From positions 3,526-67,525 of the forward strand of contig CAYMAF010000001.1 of assembly GCA_964388365.1 (NCBI GenBank): a DNA stretch of 64,000 nt. Reading direction: 5' to 3'. Every line of letters starts with the position of its first letter. Position 1 is the first letter of the stretch. The DNA comes from an uncultured Gammaproteobacteria bacterium. GTDB lineage: Bacteria; Pseudomonadota; Gammaproteobacteria; Steroidobacterales; Rariloculaceae. Below the pieces are notes generated by a model. That model saw only the letters and a program-made list of their open reading frames with translations. It had not been told where the DNA came from and searched no databases. Below, piece after piece: positions 46,601 to 54,287 of this stretch. The translations under genes were made by a program, and so were the position numbers.

Positions 46601-46705
46601 CGCGTGAACCGCGTTCGCCGCGCCGATGGCCAGCGCGATAGCGACGGGCAGATGGGATTTGCGGCATGGATCGGTCCGAATCGTCGAGTGCATAGCCTTG
46701 CTCAT
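43628..46705 (-). CDS. TonB-dependent receptor (large, about 1025 aa)
   Basis: ORF 43628..46861. The ATG at 46705 follows GGGGGG. Signal ...HLPVAIALAIGAANAVHAQ. EEVVVTGSRLRPTGMDTPNPVTIV, VETVTGGATAAYGTDAVAGVVNFIL; ends in GLALEF. Confidence 0.9.
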   Translation of the reverse strand: MSKAMHSTIRTDPCRKSHLPVAIALAIGAANAVHAQTETAAVEEVVVTGSRLRPTGMDTPNPVTIVTPEEISLMSPTTMIEGLAQLPQFFMSNTTANTGNFFTSPGAGTLNLRGLQGKRTLTLLDGRRVVSSTIFGGPDINLFPEHLLRTVETVTGGATAAYGTDAVAGVVNFILDTDFEGIKLSAQTGQTERGHNQNHEVSFAGGWALSEKTHLLVSIEDAEQDPIWHSRADYDWYQGWALIENPDVENRGTTPDNPWFLPYSHVVSRNASLDGILFLPPEAGGPQIFDPNGHFSPFVVGHASNADSHSIAQGGSGTDNGEWGSQIHPASGRENAFVYLSHDVTDNLTLYGQGIYGKAYWINTNLGGLFPRTAFGSRAFTIYSGNPFLPPEIQQIMDEHELDSVAFGRIGAPEDLALDAYTEQVTEMRSLTAGFQYDISSDGFFDGWHVQGWYQKGTTDVDAIQRGGIRLDRIYLAVDAVLDDEGNIVCNVTLYTDDYDDCVPLNLFGRGRADPRAIDWVTGFEPGVPMHAEGFYSADESIPYSYTSVGNKMRRIELEQDAYEVTATGKVHDGWGAGPIEMAFGYAWREESFLQYVLVGPGGNVNADPRGRPVEANNPARGIRGVPGGNAASGNSVEIQFSNVPFGKGSFEVKEAFTEFNVPLVSGKRLVDQLDLNLAARWADYEGSGDVQSWKGALSWAVNDQIRFRGTLSQDVRAATMGERFDRTGGVASITDYLEDPAGGSHVTYTVTMFSGGSPDVKPEEAETFTAGFVYRPRQLEGFSVSTDWYAIEVRDNINQYSPTGVVSGCYLDGDADLCALITRDGDQSTVNPAVNRISLIGVPYINQDSVFAQGVDFEIAYRTDVPWLGGSFVGVRLLGSYLRENSSTNSEGVKTETTGVFGLPKWNYLLSGNLIRGPLGLSLQANYTGSTIQNQNWNWHGASTRWDVLDNEIEAQVIVDARVSYRFDIRGGSLNLYATVNNLFDEDPIPFLTTFDGFFTNATGNGVVGDLRGRRYAVGLALEF

Positions 46706-46879
46706 GTGCCCCCCTGTGGAATGGATCGATGCGACGTGCGCGTCTTGGATACGAGTGGATCGGGCAGACGTATCCGAGGGGTTCGGGCCCGGTCGCTCGA
46801 GGCGGCGTGCCTCCCGATGCCGCCGGCGTTCCGAGCGCTCCCGGCCGATCCCAGCCGCCATTGCGTCACGTATGAAAGC

Positions 46880-46907
46880 AGAATACCGATTCTTGATTAT
46901 GAGTCAA
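46880..46907 (-). promoter_or_regulatory. Candidate sigma-70 promoter (TTGACT-16 nt-TATTCT) overlapping the palindrome CTTGA-N7-TCAAG
   Basis: The minus strand reads cTTGACTcataatcaagaatcggTATTCTgc, in the only AT-rich patch of the 670-bp gap. It would give a GC-rich 5' UTR of roughly 170 nt for the receptor gene. Confidence 0.3.
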
Positions 46908-47039
46908 GAGGGAGAAGGTCTCGAAGCCAAGTGCGTCTAGGGCACGGGAAGGGTGGCGGGTCGGTATCGATCTAGGGGGGTAGGTTGCGGGTGAGCGGGG
47001 GCGATGTGGAGAGATCCGGGCCGTCTCGAATCCGGCGCG

Positions 47040-47290
47040 CTCGGGGCTCGTCGTCGGCAATTGATCGGCGCGGGCGTATTCGCAACGTCCGGGCACGCGC
47101 TTGCCGACCTCGGGTCTTCGGCGCGCGTGCTTTGGGTGCGGGCCGTTGCCGGCGGGATCGCCGTGTGCGGCGCGATCGCGTTCGCCGCGTTGATTTTCTC
47201 GGCTTACGTGCTGCGCGGCACGCCTCGCCCCGCGCCGGCAAAACCACGAAGTCTAGGCGTTTATGCCTACATGCGAAATCCGGGCGCTCC
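47040..47290 (+). pseudogene. Remnant of the N-terminus of an APC-family amino-acid permease
   Basis: The frame of ORF 47004..47528 reads [44 protein letters not shown]...LGVYAYMRN. This resembles TM1-TM2 and the GGxYxYxR segment of APC permeases. The other 10 or so TM segments are absent, and the rest of the ORF is Arg/Gly-rich nonsense. Confidence 0.35.
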
Positions 47291-47376
47291 CCCGTGCCCG
47301 CCGCACCTGCGCACGGCGACAATGGTCGAGCGCGCCGCCGGATCGCAGCGCCTTTCGATACGCCGACGAGGCTTGA

Positions 47377-48150
47377 ATGACCAGAGTAATCGCCGAACGG
47401 GGCGCGGCTTCGCCGCAGCAGGCTTCGCCGCCGGCGGAAGCTCGGGCGGCGGTCGAGGCCGTCGACGACGGCATGCGCTTCAGCAAGCGCTTCGGCGAGG
47501 AGTGGCAGTTCCGGGCGACGCTGCATAACTCGCTCCGGGCGTGGGCTGCGGCGCGGCGGTCGCGCTGGCTGCGCGTGCCGCGCGTCCTCGATGCCGACCC
47601 TCGCGATCTTCGCATCGACTACGAGCGCCTCGACGGCTGGTATCCGCTGCGTGAGGTGCTCAGGGACCGCGCTTTCGAGCGGCTTCCGGACGAGGCGCTC
47701 TCGCGACTGTTCTGGACGATCGGTGCGGCCCTCGAGGAATTTCACCGGCATACGCACCGGATTCACGGTGACTTCGACTTCGACAACATTCTCGTGAAGC
47801 GGGGCGCCGACAGGGCGGCGTTCGTCGACTTCACGCCGCCGGTCTACGCGTGCTTCAGGGATTACAACCGCGCGGACCCGTATCGGGATATCGCGACGCT
47901 GATCGTCGTCGTGCGGGCCAAGTACCCCCCGCAGCGGATCTATCTCGCGATGCGGCGCCGCCTGCGCGCGCTCGCGCTCGCGTTCATCGAGGGCTACTTC
48001 CGCGCCGATCCGTCGAGGTACGACGCCTCCGCGCTCGCGCGTTCGATCGACGAGATCCTCGACGACACGTATCTCGGACGGTCATTCGCGGGCCGCTATC
48101 TGCGCCGGACGCGCCTCTTTCGAATCGACGATCTCGCGCCGGGAACCTGA
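47377..48150 (+). CDS. Protein-kinase-like fold phosphotransferase (APH / Kdo-LPS kinase-like)
   Basis: ATG at 47377. Catalytic-loop-like [14 protein letters not shown] followed by AAFVDFTPP (DFG-equivalent Asp). The N-terminal region has the lysine context RFSKRFG. The stop overlaps the next gene's start (TGATG). Confidence 0.6.
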   Translation: MTRVIAERGAASPQQASPPAEARAAVEAVDDGMRFSKRFGEEWQFRATLHNSLRAWAAARRSRWLRVPRVLDADPRDLRIDYERLDGWYPLREVLRDRAFERLPDEALSRLFWTIGAALEEFHRHTHRIHGDFDFDNILVKRGADRAAFVDFTPPVYACFRDYNRADPYRDIATLIVVVRAKYPPQRIYLAMRRRLRALALAFIEGYFRADPSRYDASALARSIDEILDDTYLGRSFAGRYLRRTRLFRIDDLAPGT

Positions 48151-48878
48151 TGCACTATCAAGACTACAGAACGACCCACGTAGGGCCCGAATCGTGGGCG
48201 AAAGATTACGACGCGAAGCTGTTCGCCCCGGGCTCGTTCGACGCGGAACTCTGGGCGCACGAGCAGCGGCTTCTCGACGAGATCGTGATGCGGCACGTGC
48301 GGCGCCGCGACAGCTATCTCGACTTCGCGTGCGGCACCGGACGCGTGCTCGCCCACGTCGAGCCGCGATTCCGGTCGGCGACGGGGCTCGATATCTCGGA
48401 GACGATGCTGGCCGCCGCACGCAGACGCGTGAAGGCCGCCGAGCTCGTTCAGGGCGATGCGACCCGCGAGCCGGGCGTGCTGAACGGGGGACGCTTCGAC
48501 TTCATCACCGCATTCCGATTCTTCCTGAACGCGCAGCCGTCGCTGCGGGACGACGCGATGACGTTCCTCGCGTCATCGCTTCGGGACCGCGAGTCGCGGC
48601 TGCTTTTCAACGTGCACGGCAATCGCTACAGCACCCGCGCACTCGTCGCGGCGAAGGCGAAGCTCACCGGCGAGCAGTTCTCGTCGATGTCGGTCCGAGA
48701 ATGCTTCGGGCTCGCCGCTCGCCACGGGCTCGAGATCGTCGAGTGGCACGGAATCGGCTCGTATGACAAGTCGCTGCTCCGCGCGCTGCCGGCAGCGGCG
48801 TGGCGCTGGGCGGAGCGGCGCGTGCCGCTGCCGAAACGCTTCGCGGTCTACCTGTACTTCGTGTGCCGCCGTCGGTGA
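48150..48878 (+). CDS. Class I SAM-dependent methyltransferase
   Basis: Within ORF 47850..48878; ATG at 48150. Motif I YLDFACGTGRVL, followed by GLDISETML and DFITAFRFFLN. Confidence 0.8.
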   Translation: MHYQDYRTTHVGPESWAKDYDAKLFAPGSFDAELWAHEQRLLDEIVMRHVRRRDSYLDFACGTGRVLAHVEPRFRSATGLDISETMLAAARRRVKAAELVQGDATREPGVLNGGRFDFITAFRFFLNAQPSLRDDAMTFLASSLRDRESRLLFNVHGNRYSTRALVAAKAKLTGEQFSSMSVRECFGLAARHGLEIVEWHGIGSYDKSLLRALPAAAWRWAERRVPLPKRFAVYLYFVCRRR

Positions 48879-48882
48879 CGGA

Positions 48883-48906
48883 AGCCGGCCGCGCGCGCGG
48901 CCGGCT
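48883..48906. terminator. Perfect 24-nt GC palindrome between convergent genes (bidirectional terminator candidate)
   Basis: agccggccgcgc|gcgcggccggct. It sits 5 nt after the methyltransferase stop and 6 nt before the DUF3237 stop. Confidence 0.5.
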
Positions 48907-48911
48907 CGCGC

Positions 48912-49472
48912 CTATTCGACGCGCCAGAAGCGAATGCGTACGCCGTCGGGATAGCGCTCGCCGGTGCCGACGAAGACCGATCGCGCGAGCCACTGCAGCC
49001 GCGGCGACGACGTCTCGAAGCGCGGCATCGTCCGGAAGTAGACGAGCTCGGGGTCGACGCTCTCTCCAGCGTTGAGCTTGCGCATCACGTCGGGGGGCGC
49101 GTGCCGTATGCCGAAATTCTGCACGTAGATGATCTCGCCTTGGTCGGTCTCGAGCGCGTAGCGCGTGTCGAGCTCGGAGAACCCGTCCGGCTGAATCATC
49201 TGCCAGTCGGCACCGCCGGGCACGACGCGCCCTTTGATCTCCGGCCCTTCGAACGTGCCTCCGACAATCTCGATGATGCGCCGCCGGCCGTGCGTGACCT
49301 CGCCGAGATCGACGGGCTCGGCGACCTCGGCGAGCATCTCGAACGCGAAGGTCAGCGTCGGCGGTTGCGGCTGCGGCGCGGACGGCGTCTGCGCGGCCGC
49401 GGTGAGCGCGAGCAGCGCCGCGGCTGCCGAGGACGTCGCGGCGAGCAGGGTCGAGCGGGCGATTTTCGGCAT
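48912..49472 (-). CDS. DUF3237 (UPF0311) family secreted protein
   Basis: Signal MPKIARSTLLAATSSAAAALLALTAAAQ. GRRRIIEIVGGTFEGPEIKGRVVPGGADWQMIQPDGFSELDTRYALETDQGEIIYVQN. Confidence 0.8.
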   Translation of the reverse strand: MPKIARSTLLAATSSAAAALLALTAAAQTPSAPQPQPPTLTFAFEMLAEVAEPVDLGEVTHGRRRIIEIVGGTFEGPEIKGRVVPGGADWQMIQPDGFSELDTRYALETDQGEIIYVQNFGIRHAPPDVMRKLNAGESVDPELVYFRTMPRFETSSPRLQWLARSVFVGTGERYPDGVRIRFWRVE

Positions 49473-49622
49473 CGGAGCCTCCTATTCAAACCATGTCCGA
49501 GTCGGTGCGCGATCACGCGGAGCGCTTCGAAGTATAGCGTCGGCGCCGGCCGAGGAAGGCTCCCGCGGCCGCGGCGCGCCGGCCGGCTTGCACGAACGCG
49601 GTCCGTCGCCAATAGTGGCGGC

Positions 49623-51152
49623 ATGACGAAGACGGCGCTCACCGACGACCTGCACCTTCTGATTGCCGCCCTTCCCGAGCCCCTCCAGCGCGCGCTGCCT
49701 GCCGACGCGGCCGGGCTGCTCGAGATCGTTCTGGACCTGGGACGCCCGGCCGAGGCGCGCTTCCCCGACCGTGCGTTGGATTTGACGGCGGCGACGGTTA
49801 CTCGCGAAGAGATCGATCACGTCGTCGCGGCCGTCGGCGAGTTCGGCGCGGATAATCGCGCCGGCATCGAGGGCACGCTGCACCGGATCTCTGCGATCCG
49901 CAACCGCAAGGGCGACATCGTCGGCCTGACGTTACGAGTCGGGCGGGCGGTGCTCGGCACGATCGATCTGATTCAGGATCTCGTCGAAAGCGGCCGCAGC
50001 ATCCTGCTGCTCGGCCGGCCCGGCGTCGGCAAGACGACGAAGCTGCGCGACGCGGCTCGGCTTCTCGCCGACGAGCTCGGCAAGCGGGTGATCGTGATCG
50101 ATACGTCGAACGAGATTGGCGGCGACGGCGACGTCCCGCATCCGGCGATCGGCCGCGCGCGCCGAATGCAGGTGCCGCTTTCGAGCACGCAGCACGCCGT
50201 GATGATCGAGGCGGTCGAGAACCATATGCCCGAGGTCATCATCGTAGACGAGATCGGCACCGCGGCGGAGGTCCTCGCGGCGCGGACGATCGCCGAGCGG
50301 GGCGTGCAGCTGATCGGCACGGCGCACGGCACGACGCTCGAGAGCGTGCTGCTGAACCCGACGCTGTCTGACCTCGTCGGCGGCGTGCAGACCGTGATCC
50401 TCGGTGACGAGGAAGCCCGGATGCGCGGCACGCGAAAGACGGTCACCGAGAGAAAGGCGGCACCGACCTTCGATGCGGTCGTCGAGATCGCCGCATACGA
50501 CCGTCTGATCGTGCATCCGGATACCGCGGACGCCGTCGACCGGCTGCTTCGCGGCAAGCCGCCGCGGGGCATCGAGCGCACGCCGGACGGCGAGGCGACG
50601 GCCGAGGCGGCCGAGGCGGCCGAGCCGCGGCGGCTCGAGCCGATCCTCGCGGAGTCCGTCGACGGGCTCGCCGTCGAGCCGGTCGAGCGGCCCAAACGGT
50701 TGTATGCATACGCGCTGAGCCGGGCGTCCGTCGAGAAGGTGCTTCGCGAGCTTCGTCTCGACGCACGGACCGTCGATCGGCCCGAGTACGCCGACGCGAT
50801 CATTGCGCTCAAAGCCCGCGCCGACGACGGCCGCCTCGGACGGATACTCGAAGCGACCAGCGTGCCGCTTCATCTCGTGAAGCGGAACACGACGGCGCAG
50901 ATCCGGCGCGCGCTTCACGACGTGTTCGCGCTCGTGCCCGGCAGCGATCCCGGCGAGGTCGAGGACGCGCTGGGCGAGGCCGAGGCGGCCGCCGAGCGCG
51001 CGATCAGCGAAGGCGTCGCGGTCGCGCTATCGCCCCGGCCGGCGCGGCTCCGGCGGCTTCAGCATCGGCTGATCGTGCGGCGCCGGCTCATGGCCGAGAG
51101 CATCGGCAGCGAGCCGGAGCGGCATCTCGTGATTCATCCGCGCGCATCCTAA
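49623..51152 (+). CDS. SpoIIIAA/Ycf45-like AAA ATPase with C-terminal R3H nucleic-acid-binding domain
   Basis: Within ORF 49101..51152; ATG at 49623. Walker A LLLGRPGVGKTT. Walker B EVIIVDEIGT. GVQLIGTAHG. R3H-like LSPRPARLRRLQHRLIVRRRLMAESIGSEPERHLVI. Confidence 0.8.
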   Translation: MTKTALTDDLHLLIAALPEPLQRALPADAAGLLEIVLDLGRPAEARFPDRALDLTAATVTREEIDHVVAAVGEFGADNRAGIEGTLHRISAIRNRKGDIVGLTLRVGRAVLGTIDLIQDLVESGRSILLLGRPGVGKTTKLRDAARLLADELGKRVIVIDTSNEIGGDGDVPHPAIGRARRMQVPLSSTQHAVMIEAVENHMPEVIIVDEIGTAAEVLAARTIAERGVQLIGTAHGTTLESVLLNPTLSDLVGGVQTVILGDEEARMRGTRKTVTERKAAPTFDAVVEIAAYDRLIVHPDTADAVDRLLRGKPPRGIERTPDGEATAEAAEAAEPRRLEPILAESVDGLAVEPVERPKRLYAYALSRASVEKVLRELRLDARTVDRPEYADAIIALKARADDGRLGRILEATSVPLHLVKRNTTAQIRRALHDVFALVPGSDPGEVEDALGEAEAAAERAISEGVAVALSPRPARLRRLQHRLIVRRRLMAESIGSEPERHLVIHPRAS

Positions 51153-51229
51153 AAGGCACACGGCTGCGCCGAAAGACGTCGGGCCGCGCCGCCCGACGCA
51201 CCGCCCCTCGGGCAGCGATGCGCCGAGCG

Positions 51230-52657
51230 TCAGTGCTTCTTGGGCGTGCGCGACACCGTGACGTAATCGCAGAGCCGATTCACGCACATCTCGACGAGGG
51301 TCGTCGTGTTCGGGAAGAAGAAGCCCGGCGCGTCGGCCGCGGCGTGCGGATCGTGCAGAACGACGTTCTGCAGGCTCTTGACGTCGTAACGGATGCCGCG
51401 GTCCCGGTCGGGCACGTAAAGGCGCATCGACAGCACGACCGGTCGGCCGAGGACATTCTCCGATTCGGTCAGCTTTTCCTTGACCTCGCGCAGGTTCACG
51501 AGCAGACGCCGGTAGCTCGGATCGCGCGAGTGCGTATGAATCTGAGACAGGAGGATGCGGTTGATGTCGTCGCTCAGCCTCGATTCGACGTTCGTCGGGC
51601 GGCGGCGGACCGTCCCGTCGGGCTCGGCTTTGCCCGCGGGGACGACGAAGAACTCGACCGTGAAGTCCGGAATCGACACGCCGTACTCGTCGACGGCGTG
51701 GAGTATGAACTGCTGGTACGTGTCTTTTCCCGTCGCGGCATAGGTTTCTTGCGTGACCTGCTCCAGGTCGTCGCAAAGCTTGCCGAAAGCCGCCGCGTTG
51801 CGCGTCTTCAGCGCACGCAGCACGAGCTCGCCGACGAGCGAGCCCTGCGGCGAGCCGACCTCGTCGACGATGCTGCCGTGATCGAGGCCCTGAAGCACAC
51901 CGAAACCGAAATCCGCGACGCTCTTCTTGACCTCCCATTCGAACGGCGTATACGCGCCGAGCGGCTGCCGGTCCTTCGAGAAATCGAGCTTCAGCTTCAA
52001 GGTGTCGACACTCGCGCCGGCGATCACGATCGTCCCGTCGGTCCCGGGCTTGTTGACCCATCCCTTCAATCCCTTGTAGTCCTCGATGCCGACGAGGATC
52101 GTGAGCTGGATCTGGCCGCGATTGAAATACGGCTCGTCGATCAGCAAATCGCGGTGCGCAAGCTCCCACTGATACGGGCTCGCGAGCTCGAGCCCGTCGA
52201 GCAGCCCGCGGCCGACCTCGAGCAGATCGCCGATTTTCCAGCGGCCCTTGAACAGCGATCCGAGAAACGATTTGCCGCGATGCGCGAGCGGCGAGCCGAA
52301 GTTCGCGGGGGCGAGCATCACGATGCGCTTCACCGGGCAGTCGGCGATCCGGTCACCGTTGCGAAGATAGTGCTGATGGATCCAGTGCCGAATCACGAGC
52401 CCGCCGGTCGAATGGACGATGAGGTTCAGATCGCGCTTCTTCTTTCCGTCGCGCGTGATGAAGCCGCGCCGATAGAACTCGTCGTTCAGGCCGTCGATCA
52501 CGTCGTCGAACGTCAAGTGATCCTCGCGCGACTCGTAGTCGGCGTAGTAGATCTCCGAGACCGGCCCGATACCGGCCTTCGCCAGGAACGACTTCATGCC
52601 GACGAACGACTGCGAGCAGTCGCTCCAGCCGTGCAGAATGACCGTCGATTGCGCCAC
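51230..52657 (-). CDS. Alpha/beta hydrolase, lipase/PGAP1-like N-terminal domain plus a C-terminal domain of about 270 aa with unknown function
   Basis: ORF 51230..52663 (GTG). The GTG at 52657 sits 5 nt after AGGAGG. TVILHGWSDCSQSF (HG oxyanion context), nucleophile elbow LIVHSTGGLVIRHW and MLAPANFGSPLA. No motif was recognised from about residue 200 onward. Confidence 0.75.
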   Translation of the reverse strand: MAQSTVILHGWSDCSQSFVGMKSFLAKAGIGPVSEIYYADYESREDHLTFDDVIDGLNDEFYRRGFITRDGKKKRDLNLIVHSTGGLVIRHWIHQHYLRNGDRIADCPVKRIVMLAPANFGSPLAHRGKSFLGSLFKGRWKIGDLLEVGRGLLDGLELASPYQWELAHRDLLIDEPYFNRGQIQLTILVGIEDYKGLKGWVNKPGTDGTIVIAGASVDTLKLKLDFSKDRQPLGAYTPFEWEVKKSVADFGFGVLQGLDHGSIVDEVGSPQGSLVGELVLRALKTRNAAAFGKLCDDLEQVTQETYAATGKDTYQQFILHAVDEYGVSIPDFTVEFFVVPAGKAEPDGTVRRRPTNVESRLSDDINRILLSQIHTHSRDPSYRRLLVNLREVKEKLTESENVLGRPVVLSMRLYVPDRDRGIRYDVKSLQNVVLHDPHAAADAPGFFFPNTTTLVEMCVNRLCDYVTVSRTPKKH

Positions 52658-52987
52658 GAGCACCTCCTCCCGAACGAGCGGCGGCCATCATACGAGATCC
52701 TGGCCGGCCTTGGAGCCGTCAGGCGCGGAGCCGCGAGCTCGAACGCGAATCGCGTATCGCGAATTTGAGATCGCGGCCGTCCGCCGCGGCCTGTGGCAGC
52801 GGCGGAAGCCCTTTCCGGATCGCCCCGAAGCCTGCGGAAAACACCGCGAGCGAGATGGCATTGGACGCGCGGAATTTGAGAACTCAGTGGCATAGGAATT
52901 GCATCATGCTGGCATTCCGAGCGAATGCGCCATTGAGTGCCACGCGCCCGGGGGTCCGATCAACCGCTCAACACGGGGGGAGCCACC

Positions 52988-54223
52988 ATGGCACCTGTCC
53001 AGCGGAAGAGGGGCTTTGTGTGTGCAACGGAAGGCGCGCTCGCCGCGGCAGCGATAGGCCTCTGTACGCCGGCGGCGGCGTTCGAGGTCGAAGCTGGTGA
53101 TTGGACGCTGACGGTCAGCGGCAATGTCAACGTTCACTACATCCACGCGGATTGCGAGGACGAAGCCGAGCCCGGGGTCACGGGCGGGTTGGCGTGCCGC
53201 GGAGCCGCTGGGGAGAAGCGAAGCTCATCGATCAGCAACGGGCTGTTGCCGGCCGCTTTGCAGATCGGCGGATCGACGACGCAGAACGGCTACGATCTCA
53301 GCGTCACGTTCGGTCTGTTTCCAGGCATCAGCACGAACGACGGCAGTCCGAACCTCCAGCAAGGCGCGGAACGGCTGAACACGGCGCTCGGCACGACGGG
53401 CCTCGACGTCCGCCAAGTGTTCATGACGTTCGGCAACGACCGCATCGGCACGTTCAAGCTCGGACGCGATCTCGGCCTCTTCGGCGCGGACGCGATCTTG
53501 AACGACATGACGTTGCCCGGTGTCGGCGGCGCGAACACGAACAATGCCGCGCCCGCGAATACCGCGCTCGGGTCCATCGGCCTCGGCTATATCTATGCCG
53601 ACTGGATCGGGCAGATCACCTATACGACGCCGGATATCGGCGGCTTCAGCTTCTCGATCGGCGTGTTCGATCCGCTCGAGCCGATCCTCCAGGACGTGCC
53701 GACGCCGGAAGGTAGTCCCGGGATTCACGCGAAGGTCGCGTACACGAAAGAACCGTTCTATCTGTCCGCGAGCTTTATCTCGCAGGAGCACGAAGGGCCG
53801 ACGGATGTCGCGGACTTCGACAGCGTCGGCTTCGACGTGGGCGGCAAGATCTCGTTCGGCGCCGGCGAGTTCATGCTGTGGTACTACTCCGGAGAAGGCA
53901 TGGGGACCACGGCGCTTTATCTGCTCGGCGACGACGGCGCCGGAGCTGAGCGTGATTCCGACGGCTTTCTCGCGCAGCTCACTTGGACCTTCGGCGACAC
54001 CAAGGTCGGCGTGAACTACGGCCGAAGCGACCTCGACCTCGCCCCGGGAGAAGCTCCGTCCGCGCTCGTCAGGCGCAATGAGAAGTGGACGCTCGGCGCG
54101 TATCACTCGCTGACGCGAAACCTCACGCTGCTCGCCGAGGCCAACCGCGTTCAGAGCGAAGCGCACGACGGCGTCGAGAACGAGAGCACGAATTTCAATA
54201 TCGGCGCGTTCCTGTCGTTCTGA
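52988..54223 (+). CDS. Outer-membrane porin
   Basis: Within ORF 52937..54223. The ATG at 52988 follows GGGGGGAG. Signal ...EGALAAAAIGLCTPAAA. Alternating beta-strand pattern rich in G/Y/T/D/N. Ends in NFNIGAFLSF. Confidence 0.7.
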   Translation: MAPVQRKRGFVCATEGALAAAAIGLCTPAAAFEVEAGDWTLTVSGNVNVHYIHADCEDEAEPGVTGGLACRGAAGEKRSSSISNGLLPAALQIGGSTTQNGYDLSVTFGLFPGISTNDGSPNLQQGAERLNTALGTTGLDVRQVFMTFGNDRIGTFKLGRDLGLFGADAILNDMTLPGVGGANTNNAAPANTALGSIGLGYIYADWIGQITYTTPDIGGFSFSIGVFDPLEPILQDVPTPEGSPGIHAKVAYTKEPFYLSASFISQEHEGPTDVADFDSVGFDVGGKISFGAGEFMLWYYSGEGMGTTALYLLGDDGAGAERDSDGFLAQLTWTFGDTKVGVNYGRSDLDLAPGEAPSALVRRNEKWTLGAYHSLTRNLTLLAEANRVQSEAHDGVENESTNFNIGAFLSF

Positions 54224-54287
54224 GCGCAGCTCGGGTTCGGGCGGCACGACGGTCGATCGTGCACGGGCGCGGTCGGTGCGTCCGCGT

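Noticed and set aside
51230-52657. Lower GC as proof of horizontal transfer of the lipase-like gene
   Set aside because: Hand counts show similar 55-60% lines inside the TonB-dependent receptor genes (for example around 44161 and 45601). The dip may therefore reflect amino-acid composition. Genome-wide GC3 and codon statistics are needed.
52664-52987. Direct repeat GAATTTGAGA (about 52763 and 52873) and an imperfect hairpin GGAATTGC...GCATTCC in the hydrolase/porin divergent region
   Set aside because: These are short (10 bp) and occur twice only, with no match to a known operator and an imperfect stem. They are plausibly chance in the only AT-richer part of the gap.
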